A stretch of 61,630 nt of DNA, filler included, from Sphacelaria rigidula (Eukaryota): assembly GCA_964200075.2 (NCBI GenBank). It is 5 parts of 5 records of this genome, joined end to end, with 100 filler letters (N's around TTAATTAATTAA, not from the genome) between each part and the next. Parts side by side here need not be neighbours in the genome. Positions count along the whole stretch, not along the records: positions 12,350 to 24,597 come from CAXNAA020003961.1; 4 more parts are not named here. One strand, 5' to 3'. Under the pieces are notes generated by a model that worked only from the letters and a program-made list of their open reading frames with translations, was not told the origin of the DNA and did not search any database. Positions within the stretch are counted from its first letter, which is position 1. Every line of letters starts with the position of its first letter. A program made the position numbers and the translations under genes. This document shows positions 13,279 to 24,697 of this stretch, in pieces.

Positions 13279-15660
13279 TTGCACAGAACTAAGTTCCTGC
13301 ACACATACGCGTTGTTGCATGTTACGCGGGCAGGTAGTGAAACATCTGCGTATCTACGACTGCCATCCCGCCCAGCACATACCACAAATGTAGCCGAGAG
13401 AACTTCTGGGCCGACAGGCGTAGAACCCGCAGTGTCAATGTCAACCATGAGGGCAATTGCTGGCGGCCACGTCGGCGACGAAGACGCAGTAGGAGAGGAG
13501 CCCAGTCCCCAATCGTGTGGAAAACACAGGGCGATCGCACTGTTCTGTGACTCTCGGGCACCAGGCGCGGTAGTCGATGGTGCACCCATACAAACCGAGG
13601 GGGCGGTGGGTGGGGGCGACGACCGGCGGAGCTCGCAGAGTGAAAAAGTAGAGAGGCGATCGCCCAGGGAAGACCCGACGCACACAGTATCTAGTACCAG
13701 TGCGTCGGAGGTGAATCCACGGGAGCTATCGGCGTCCACGGCGCCGACGACAATCCTCCACGACGTGGGCACGACAACTCGCGAAGGCCGAGGAACTACA
13801 GGCGGGATACCCTATGAGATGGGGAGTTCTACTCCACCTGCCAAAAGAAATAAAAGACGGGCTCCGCCGGGGTCCGGTAGAGGCACACCTCCGCATGCCC
13901 ACATATCGGCGTCAAGGCGGAAGAGGAACATGATCAACCAACCGGATGTGAGTAGCGCATGGGGAACTTGGAATGAGCAGCAGGAGGTTGCATTGCAGCA
14001 CAGGGATAGAGCAAAGGAACATGCGCTGAAGGTACTACATTCTCCTCGGGTGGCTACAACACCCGTAACCCACACATTGCATCGCTTGAGCCTGCGCTTG
14101 GGTTGCCGGACGACTTTTCAACGCCCTCGGGAAACCGCAACAAGCGCCCCGGATCGCCGTGCTCCTCGAAACCAACACCCTCCAACGCTTCGAGACCAAG
14201 ATCGAAGCGGAAAAAAAATGAAGAGGGCTTCTTGTGATTCTGCGCCTGACCTCACCTCAGGAAGGTGTCGAGACGGCGGCAACGCATCTGCGGCGGGGTT
14301 TGAAGACGAGTGGGTTACGTCCATGCTAACGAGTGGAGCTGGCGGCGATGCCATGAGGGATCGGGGAAAGCAAACCTCACCTGCCAAAGGTCGTTATGGT
14401 AGGCATCGACGACACGGTGATGGAACGAGGGTAACGACGCGACGCAGTGGTGAACAGGAGCCTCCCAACAGTCGTGATAGCTGTGTGATGGAGCAGTCGG
14501 CGCCGGCTCACTCGAAACCTGTTAGTGGAAGCAGCCGCCGTCGACGACCGAAGCGGGTCTGCCGTCGCGAGGAGTGCGGCATCACGTACATTCTCGTCGA
14601 AGGCCAGTGGTATATGTGCCCGTCTTGTGGTCAAACTCACGACCCTGCATCGCGTCTGTGCGCGGCGTGCCATCGACCCGGGCCCGGCGAAGGAAAAAGC
14701 TGGCCTCATCTCGGCCCCGCGCGGGTTGCAGAGGCGGAGGTATTCCTCCAGTGTGTGGATGGCAGTAGCGCGCGCCCCGCTGTGCTTGTGCAGAGCTACC
14801 AATCTAGTTCCGATTGCTTGTGTAGCCGGAATGATTGCTTTCTGCCCTCCTTCGAGCGGTACAGACGCAACAGCGATTGGCAAAAGACCAAGTCCACTCG
14901 TGCGCGTTGTCCTACGCCTCCAACGGTAGACGTCACTCCTGATCCTGCCCCTGCAGACCCGGGCTTCGTCGTAGAAGTACGCGAGAGAGGAATAGCGAAC
15001 CTTGAGGCGGGGCGAATAGTGAGCCTGGGGGAGGTCCAATCGTGGCTGACAGAAGCTAGGGAGGCCTCACGGGTCCGGACTGTCGGCGACCGGCGCAACC
15101 GGGATCAGGCTATGGAGATTTTCGGCACGGTAGTAGAGGGCGGCACAGCCCGCGCGAAGATGAAAGAGGTGAGCGGGGTTGGGGAAGCCGCAGGTGATTA
15201 CCGACGAAAGTCCGTGTATCTACTGCCTTCGGCGGTGGCGCCCGAGGTAGCAATGGCAGTTGATATGGATCTTAGAACTATGCGCGCCAGGGTACAAGAA
15301 CTCGAACGTACGGTCTCTCTCCTGGACGCCCAGCGCCACAATGGTCCGACACTCACGTCCGCGTTTGAGCGCGTCAGAGCTGAAGGGTCCGCGGAGGATA
15401 AACGGGCGTTGGTGAGAGCGGCCGGATCTATTGTCAGGAAGGACATCGAAGGTGCGATTGAACTGCATCACGTGTCGGGGAACGCGAGTGAAAAATATGC
15501 GGCCGACTTGGAGAGAAAGATCGAGCTATGCAACATTTCCTGGAGCACGATACACAGTCGATACTGTTGGACTTGCTTGACAGTATGTGCCATGTGGTGG
15601 TACCAGCTGATGACCCCGGGTCGGGGCTCGCTGCCGGGGGGGGCGCGACAACAACAATGA
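13279..15660 (+). pseudogene. N-terminal part of the Academ-like protein (low complexity, RanBP2-like C4 zinc finger, coiled coil)
   Basis: 793-aa ORF with WYMCPSCGQTHDPASRLCAACHRP at about 14608-14680; appears to frameshift into the 15528 ORF near 15525. Confidence 0.6.
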
Positions 15661-18652
15661 CAGATGTGCCAAGTACCAGCGCTATGGGGGAGTCAAGTGA
15701 CAGCGCAACGACTCATAGATCGACAGAACAGGAGAAGGCTTTGCGGAAGAAGAAGAGGAAGAGAGAGAGGCAGCTTGAGAGGCTTTATATGCTAGTGCAA
15801 AATGTCCTGAAAACTGTTCTAGGTCGGAAATTCAGGGCGATGCATGACTTCAGTTTGGCGCAGATGTTGAAAACGCACGGCACACCCGTGGCGGTCATAG
15901 ATTACGTTGCCGCTCACGGCTTCTGCATGACCGAGTCTATGCGATACAAGCGCGAGCAGTACTTCGTGAAGTTGAGGTTGGACAAGCATCTGATAGCCCT
16001 TGCGTTAAGAGCTGCTGCGATCCCTTGGGACAGCTGCGGCTTTCGGGTCACGATGGCTGTTAGCGGGGGGGATGTGCATGTGTGTGCTGTGGCTGCCACT
16101 TGCGTGGCGGTGGAAACCCCGTGTGGTGACCTGTCTCTCGTCCAGAACCATCGCAAGCAAGATCAGCTCGTGGCCGCAGGTGTGACGACGGGACCACAGT
16201 GGCACATTGATGGCGAGCAATGAGACAAGTACCTCTCCGTGTTCGACGAAGAAGCTTTTCGATGCACCGTGGGAAGGATCGTAGGCGAGGGTGGCTCCAT
16301 CGACACTTGCTTGGAACTCGAACTTCGACAGGTGAGATGAGTTATCTGTGCCTGTATGTTGTGTTTGAATACCTGTGCAAAGTCGATTTCTTGATCTCCG
16401 GCGGCTGCGATTGGGTGTGCCGCCAATCCACTGTAGTGTCGTCTCTCGCGTGTCAGTACCAGCTTTGCACCCCCACAGTCGCAGTGTCCCGCTAATCCAC
16501 ACACAGTACCTGCCATGAATTCTGCGGGAGTAGGGCGGGTTGGATTGTCCTGTACATGTCAATTCGTCGCCTCCACCGAGGGATCACTCTGTCGCCTTCG
16601 CCCCGCGTGACTATGTCGCAACACCAACGTTGGCAGCATAGCACGAGTTGTGTGGGAAATGATTGTCGAAACGCAATATGCTGATGTGCATGGTTGACAA
16701 AAGCGAAACTACGGCATGATCCCTTGGCCCGGCGGATACTGTCACCACAGGGTAGGGATTTACGTCATGATTTGAAAATACACAACGCGGTGCAACAGCG
16801 ACCTCATCAGTCCTCTCTCCGCCGCGCTGTTGAAATTGCGAGGCAGGCAGTACCTACGATGCAGCGGGAGCCCCAGGTGTTCAAGTACCTTTTCATGCAG
16901 TTAGAAAGCACGAAGAGCTGGGCTGACTCGAAAGTAGCGAATGACCGCATTGCTGACATACGCCGCGTGGGTGAGAGGGGCGCGCCTGCTGCGTGTATGG
17001 TCGCCGGCGACGAGGAGACGTTTCGGTTTATGTACCACCTCATTAGGAGTAACCCCCGCGAATATCAATGGCTCCGGATATACGTGGGTGACTGGCACCT
17101 CCTTTATCACATGGCGAAGGCGACCATGAAGCGAGTTTGGGGAGCGGGGACAGAATACGTAGCGGAGGCGCTTGGACTGGACGGGAGGAAGCCATTAGAG
17201 GCTAGCAACTACCGTGTCGCGCACCACACCATTTGCGTGTTCTTCGAATCCATGTGGGACAAAATCGTGGCCATGTACTACTCCGAGCGTGGATCCAGTA
17301 TGGAAGACACCAACGCTGAGGGTGCGCCGGGGTCGGCTGCTGAAGCAGCTGCTGTCGCCACAGTGCCAGTGCCGGACCCCGCGGAATCAGCCGCCCCGCT
17401 GCAGGGCGCCGCGGGAGGAACTCCTGTACCGCCGAACGCCCCCACCGGGGTACAACGTGCGCACTCCACCCCCGTACCGCCCATGCGGAATGAGCAAAGG
17501 GCCGCACCTCCATTCAGTAATAACCTGGCATGCTCTTCTCTGGCTGCGGGTTCTGCGCGGCCGACGAACATCATCAGCACGCCTCAGCGACCATTGCGAT
17601 CGCCAAGCCCTCCGCCTTTCGATCCCATAGTTACCGAGGAGATCCGGTGTCGTGGGGAGGATTATTCCTGGCAGGTAACGCATGGCATCGCGGGCCTCGA
17701 TGCACCGATGTTCTGCGTCTTCCACGCCAGTGCGGGACTGGTGGACCTCCGAGAATCCGCACCTGTGCAGTTCGTGTTCACCGCCGACAGCGGAAGAGCG
17801 CCGGCGGGCGCCGGGGCCGCGGAAGTGGCAGGCGGCCCTGTCGACGGAGCATCGGCCGCCGCCAGAAAGGAGTCATCCCCTACCGACTGCGCAGAACCAG
17901 CCGCGGCGGGTGGTAGTCGCAGGGACTCCACAGCCGACATGGCATCAGTGGTAACCCCTTGCACTGGGCCAGCGGAAGCGGCGGCCGAGGGTCGGCGACG
18001 CGAACATGGTAACGATTATGATCCCTTCGATAAAACCGTGGAGCAGTTAGCACAAGAGTTCCGCGACATAGCGAACAAGGTGAAGAAACATGCGAGGAAG
18101 GAAGATATCCCTGCTATTCGAGCTTGGGTTCGGGCGCGTGCAACAAACCACGAGAGCTTCCAAGTGTGGGAGAGCTTCGTCCTCTACCATCATCCAGCGT
18201 ATATGGGATTGCGGACGGACCTGCGCACGCGAAACTTCCTCCTTCGACTGGCAGGCCTTCGCCGGATGGCAGACATATTTTGTGTGACCGGTAAAGACCG
18301 TTACCAGTGGCTGGTGGTCCTTCACCTCATGCATATGGCGCAGATGCCGGGATCCGACTTGAAGGTCGTGGAGCAGTTGTTTTCCGTGACCTTGCGAGAC
18401 AACAGGAGTTGGGCGAGAGTGGGGCTCGACGAGCGGCAGGAGGTGGCGAACAGGTTCTTCAAGAAAGTCGCAAGCAAGAAGACCTCTACTGCGGTGGAGA
18501 AGCTTGCTCCTATCGCGGAATGCCGAGACGCGGCAGAACAACAAGTGAGGGAACAACTGTTCTTCGGGGAGGGCGCAGGGCGGAACCCCACAAGAGGCTA
18601 CACGGTACTCCTGCCTTCACGCCGGCTGGCAAAGAGATTCTGCATGCGCTAG
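15528..18652 (+). pseudogene. Academ/DUF6589-like DDE transposase core, with inferred intron 16332-16750
   Basis: WDSCGF..G..H (first D), GDEET (second D), GDWH, LDERQE (E). In-frame TGA at 16221 with open frame continuing to CAG|gtgaga; acceptor ccacag|GGT is phase 0. Confidence 0.7.
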
Positions 18653-21600
18653 ACGGGCGAGTGGTCAGTGGTCCGCATGCAGCGGCCGTTCTGTCGTGCT
18701 CCGAAGTATCTCAGAATAAGATCCAGGATAATATCGCCTGTTACGTGTTGGGGGACAAGACCAAAAAGGGCGCAACAAAGGAAAAGGTATACACGATCCC
18801 GTCCCGGAATGGTGCAGTCAAACCCACGAACACGCAGGGCAGAAGCTCGGCGTTAAAGTCCAACACGAAGAACAATACGATGTACACGCAGGAGCTGCTG
18901 ACCACATTGCGAGGGATCGTGGGGGCGCCCAATATTTCCCAGGAGGAGAAGGAGAGGGTGCTTCTCAAGCTAGGGGCTTCTGTCCCGTTCAGCCTCCTGA
19001 ATTCTAAAGGAGGTGAGAGATGTATTGAATATCCGTCTGTGGGGACGTAGCGATGAGGGGGGGGGGGGCGGGGACGAACACGGATGGCACCGCCGCCTCG
19101 GCATCAGGCAGGAGATTACAGCCGTGGTACACCGGTGCTCCGAATTTTATTAAGTTTCCACAGCGAGTACTCGAAGCAGACGTGAAACAAAGAAAGCATA
19201 CCCCCCGTGACGCACGTTTACGTGCCGCCCATCCTACCCCGTTGGCCGCTTGATTCCTGCCCGCCGTGTTGCCTGCTCAGGTTTAGGGCACTCGAACAAA
19301 AGTCTCGCCGTGCAATGGATAAGATCTGTTTGCCCCGATGCAGAACAGCCGCATCCGTACTACATGGCGCACGGGCATGCCGTCGACTATGCCGTGGAGG
19401 CGCACAGGGAACCTCCTCAGGCCGTCACAGAGGGTGGCTACCCGGCAGTCGAAGCCTACCACGCGGCGAAGGTGCGCACTGAGTGGACGAACGAGAAGAC
19501 AGAGCTGGTTGTGCTGGCGTACGACAACCCTGACACCGTGGGAATTATTAAGGCGCACGAGCAACGAGGGCGAACAGAGAGGATCGAAAAAGGTGGCACA
19601 AAGTTCAATCCAACATCCACGAAGCCTCTTCCCCGCGGGGCACACTTTCAGAGTCTGCTTCGCGACAAGAACAAACTTGTCCAAAATTACCTGGCCACCG
19701 GTGCATTCAAGCGGATACTTCTCGAGAACCATAAAGGACCGTTGATCGCCACTCACGCGGCCAGCATGCCGCCTGTTGTCAGTGGCTTCACGCCAACGGC
19801 TGCGGCAGGAGTAGGAGGAGGAAAGCACGTAGGACGGGAGCGGGGAGGGGGGGTGGCGACGACGGCGGCCGCCAGGTGCGAGCCTGTGGTGGACACGCAG
19901 TCCGGCGCCGCCGCGGACAGTGAGGGGGAAGCAGGGCCTGCCAACAGACGTCAAGACGCAGCGCTGAGAAGTGGGGGGGGGGGTTGGTAGGACATACTGC
20001 CAACGCGAGCGTGGTGGGTGACAGGGTGCGAAGAACCGCCCAGCGGTTTGCGGCGGCGGCGGGATCAGGCGAGCAAAGGGGCGACAGAGCGGCGTCGGTG
20101 ACGGGAGACGCGACGGTAGGCGCCGGTGTTGTTGCTTGCGGTCTGAGGGGTGCGACCCCGCAGTGGAACGCGGCAGCGATGATGGGCGAGCTACCGTGGG
20201 GGGGAGCAGGGGGGAAACCGCAGGGGCAACTACACGGGCAAGTGTTGTCGGCGGCGGGCTCGCGGTTGCGGCCAGCCAGTGGAATTTACCGTCTGCATCA
20301 AGCCGACGGGGGGAGAGGGGACCGGCGATGCCGCCGGCGGCAGCAAGTGCGGCACGCGGACACGTCGACAACGAAGGTATGGCAGAAGCGGCCCCGAGGA
20401 CATATCTTGCGGCAGTGAGGGGCCAGCGCTCAAGCGGGGCGGCGCCGGTGCCGACGACGGCGCCCAACACTAGTCGACGCTCCCGTGCAGGGGTTACGGA
20501 GATTCCGCGATCGTATCTTGCCGCGTTTACAGGCTGCGACAGGGGGGGGGGGAGCGGGGGCAGGCGGATCCCGCGCACATGGTGACGTGCTCCCCGGCCC
20601 TTCTCCTCGTGCCTCGCAACGTCACCTGTTGTGGTGGCGTGATGGCAGTGGGCCTGATATGAGTATCCACAGCGCACCTGGACCCGGCATAGGTGAGGGA
20701 GAGATGTCCACGGTCCACTTCATCATACACTCCGGAACCTTGTTCGGGAAATCCCTGAAGAAGTGGCTCGTGACTTCCAGCGACACTGATCAGTGGATTA
20801 TTGTACTTCTGGCGATGTCCTCCGGGTGTATCAAGCCGCATGGCGCAGGCGCCAAGCTAGTCACTGTCAAACGCATCGTCAACGGTGGCTCCCAGTACAT
20901 ATTGGTGAACCGGGAGTGTACAATGCGATCGAGAACCTGAGGGACGGGAGCGAGAGTGCGTGGCCGCCCAACGGGCAGTACAATTGGCTGACACCATCAA
21001 TCAAGGTGTCACTGTTCGTTTTGACTATCTGCTAGCCGGGTGCGATTTTTTACCACATGTGTCCGGGATTCCTTTCCTCGAGATGTGGGATTTCGTTCTG
21101 AAGGCCCTTCGCACGCCGAACCTCTTCACGAAAGCGATACTAGAGCACAAAGATGGGAGGCTCAGAGTGGAAATGGGCGAGGGCGTGAAACTGCTGGCCA
21201 CGGTTTTCTTCTTCGGGTATGAAAACGCTTTCGCACAAGTTGCCACGGATCCTAGAACTCTGTTCACCACGTGCGGACAAGACTTGGCATCGTACATGAA
21301 CAAGATCCGCTTGTGTATCACCACAGCGCATGGGCATCAGCCTTCCCGTTGCTGCCCAGACTTGGACGCCTGTAAGAAGCACGTCAGTAAGTTCGATGCG
21401 GTGTTCGAATACTGGGGGGGAAGTTTCCTACGCAGCATGCCCCCAGTAAACTTCAACGGACGCGGGTGGGGCATAGAACCTGAGAGGAGGACTCACCACA
21501 AGGGTGGTGTAAAACCGTCGAGCACAGCGGGGGTGGAGCTTTCACGCGATAACATTGTGGTGTACTTGTCGAGTCACACATACATCGACACATCCGGAAA

Positions 21601-21720
21601 CGTGCAAACACTCAAATGTGGATGCAACCCGTAAAGGGCGGCGTCAAAACACAGATGCCGGAGTTGCAGGTATTTGGGGAACTGCACTCTGAGCTGCGGT
21701 TGCCAGGGTCGCTGCTTCCT
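18590..21720 (+). pseudogene. XPG/PIN-like nuclease and C-terminal Cys-rich finger of the Academ-like protein, with intron 19013-19280
   Basis: Splicing G|gtgaga...ctcag|GT yields PFSLLNSKGGLGHSNKSL. Then AVD, AYD..K, GEGE, SDTD, GCDF and KCGCNP*..HRCRSCRYLGNCTLSCGCQGRC. Frameshifts near 18590, 19980, 20915 and 21020. Confidence 0.7.
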
Positions 21721-24597
21721 GCCTCCGCCCCCTTCACGAGCGGCCGCCACGAAACCCGCTGAGGAGACCGGCGACGGACAGAGCGGTGCACGTGGCCAAT
21801 CGCGAAACGGAAGAAGCCGATCAGAAGCGAAGCATTCGATGGATGGGTCGACTGCATCACGTGGAATGGGGGCGGCGTCTCGAGCAAGCAGCGCAGCAGG
21901 AACACGTGTTGATATGACTGATGGTGAGGAGCCTCGGCGCGGCGCCGGGGGGGAGGTGGTGGGAGGAGCGCACTTGGGATCAGATCGGATCAGTGAAACC
22001 GCCGACGTAGATGGCCGCGCACGCGAGCAATCGCGCAACGGGAAAGCCCGCTCAACAGCGAAGTATGCAAGAGGCGAGTCGGCTGCATCACGCGGAAGGG
22101 GCGCGGCAAGTGGAGCGAGCAACGCCAGGGGCACCTGTTGGTGTGACCGATGGTGAGGGACGTTACTGGCCCGGCGGCGGGGAGCCGGGGATAGGGGGGG
22201 GCGTATCCGGGGCAAGATCCCATGGGTGGCTACTTTTGCGACGGCGGATAAGATGAACCCGTCAGACGCAAGTCCAACTCTGCAGCCGGGATCTGGATCG
22301 GAGATTCTGATTTAGAATGCAGCTGGTCGGCAGGGGACGACGACAATGAGGAAGATTTCGCGTTCTGACTTGAGTTCGCGGATAATATTGGGGCCGTTTT
22401 TTTCTCTAGATAAATTGTGCAAACGTTTCTGTACAAGTCAAGGTTGTTTTTTCCACATTGTAGTCATGAGCCGTGTCCCATGTACATGGCCATGATGGCT
22501 TGTGAATATGTGCGGTGCACCGTGGGGTGCAAACGTTTATTGGGGGTGATCTGGCTACGCCCGCCAGCGAATCGCCTGTGGTGCATGAGGCTACATGGTA
22601 ATGTCAATGAAGTGAGTGTTTCAACGCAAGACCATTAATCTGACCGTCACCATACTATGCCAGTCAACCTTTCGGTTTGCCGTGCAGCACTGCCAACGCT
22701 CGCGCCTCAACGCTATGGCGTTCGCGCAAGGAGACAAGTGCCGGGAATCATACGTATCACCATTGTGCTGAACGGTCCGACGAAAACATCGGGTGGTATT
22801 CTTCGCCACACTCTCGCCGACATCCTTGATACTGCACCATGTGCACCGAACCGGAGGGTCGTCTTACCAACGGTCTCGCGCATCACACATCGGGTCGATT
22901 TTTGCCACGTTTCATTTAAACCGCATACTATAGCAAACACAACATGTTGAACGGCTGTTTTTTTCGCCCTTCTCCGTTTTGGGCGTAAGTGATGATTGGG
23001 AGGATGTTGCCTCCTCGGTATGCCTTGCGTTCATCGTCGGCAAATCTGTCTCATCACATGAACGTATTGAGGTGCTTGTCTCTTGTTTCTTTTGCCGAAG
23101 TGGTATGTTCGTCCAAGAACTATGAACATCAATCGAGTTTAGGATAAAGTGGTGGTCAGGTGTAGAAATCAATCCATGACAGGTATCAACTCGTGTCGAC
23201 TGTTCTTCGACAAAAATGCTAGCCCAGTCGACACAATTCTGCGAGCACCGGAAAATGCGAACATGACACGGATTGTCCCACTGGACTTGACCACTCCGGC
23301 AGATGAGTGTATGTTTAAAAAAAAAAAAACTTCCATTACCAGAGAACATTAAGGTGTCCTCGAGTTTTTTTTCGTACAGAACAGGAAGCCACTATAAAGA
23401 TGAACAAAACAACTCGAGGACGCAAAACAACACAGATGAACAAAACAAATAGTGCTACGACCTGGGCCAGCGGTAAATCCCGCATTTGCATGTCACACCA
23501 TAACTTCTCAAGTTTGTCAAACCAGCCCGACTTGAATATATCGGTGTGACCTGCAGACCAATGTGGAAACACACTGGGCCTCCACTGAAAGAAGAAAAAT
23601 AATGAAAGAAATGTACGGCATAATGTACCACCCAACCGACTGAACAAAAAAAAGGAATCCGTCGGGGTTTGCACTCGTGACCTTCATTATTGGGGTCAAC
23701 TGCGTCACTTGGATGAAGGGAGCGGAGCAGTGCCATACGAAAAGTTGGATGCTGCGCCAAATTTCTGGAAGTTCTGGCCGCAAGTGCACCAGGATGTCTT
23801 CCAATGAAGGACGCAAAACTATGGTAGCGATGCCCACGTATTTATGTATTTTCACGGAGTTACAACATTCTTCTAGTTTTTGCAGAAATTTCAGATCGCT
23901 CCAAAAATGTGTTTTTTTCCTTGGTATTCCTGGGAAGGTTATGCATAGTGATGGTACAAATTTTGTGTCAAAATTTCAGCGCCCAACGCTTCGGATTACC
24001 AGCCGCCCGGCCCGGATACATTCGTAAATCACTGTCAGCTGCCCCATTTCGTACAGTATTTTTTTGACGCTGTTGGTTTGCCATGAGAACTGACCTCATA
24101 CGCGGAGGGGTCACGGCCTCTCTGACGCCAGTATGCGTGTGTTTGCACTCTATGCTTTGGGCAGCAACCTCGCGCGCTACCGCAGCTATGACGGCATGCA
24201 CACGTTTGAACTATCTTCTCTACTGACGGGCAGCGCTCTTGTTTCCATGAAAGAGTGCGGGAGAATATATGTACGTACGACAACGTACACACCTCAACGC
24301 GGCACAAGTGCCGCCGGCTTATTTTGGATATCTCCTCTCTTTGTATACTCCGGAGTATCTGACACGATTTCCCACCGCATCTGATGTGTCCCGAAACCCC
24401 CCGCCGAGAGGGCAATATCTCAACACACACAGCAGCTGCAGACACAAATCAAATTGCTATGTGTAGCTAAGACGCATAGCTATCAGTCATCTACGTTGCG
24501 GCTGCGCATACCCTTCTCGTAACGACAAATAACAGCCGATCCTAATTTTTGGGGTTGAAACAAAATATGAGGTTGAAGTCCCATCCCTCCACTGCAG

Positions 24598-24697
24598 NNN
24601 NNNNNNNNNNNNNNNNNNNNNNNNNNNNNNNNNNNNNNNNNTTAATTAATTAANNNNNNNNNNNNNNNNNNNNNNNNNNNNNNNNNNNNNNNNNNNN
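24598..24697. other. Artificial contig linker
   Basis: Same N/TTAATTAATTAA/N 100-bp spacer. Confidence 0.98.

Larger units (their letters stand above)
13279..22156 (+). mobile_element. Degenerate Academ (AcademX-type) DNA transposon coding region: transposase, XPG/PIN nuclease, Cys-rich finger
   Basis: Ordered motifs IPWDSCGF..SGGDVH, VAGDEETF, YVGDWHLLYHM, LRTRNFLLRL..GKDRY, VGLDERQEVANRFFK, PFSLL..G..SNKS, VVLAYD..IKAHEQ, LLRDKNKL, GEGE..SSDTDQW, LAGCDF, GRGWG, CGC..C..C..C..C.C...C. Several frameshifts and stops. Element termini not identified. Confidence 0.75.

Noticed and set aside
19283-20677. 464-aa minus-strand ORF and other antisense ORFs in contig B
   Set aside because: GC-rich shadow frames of the plus-strand coding region, with no recognisable motifs.
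12590-24580. Inverted match 12593-12635 / 24531-24575 as TIRs of the Academ-like element
   Set aside because: Both are outward-facing ends of the CAG-terminal MITE family also seen at 32047 and 61505. They cannot be assigned to the Academ element from this copy.
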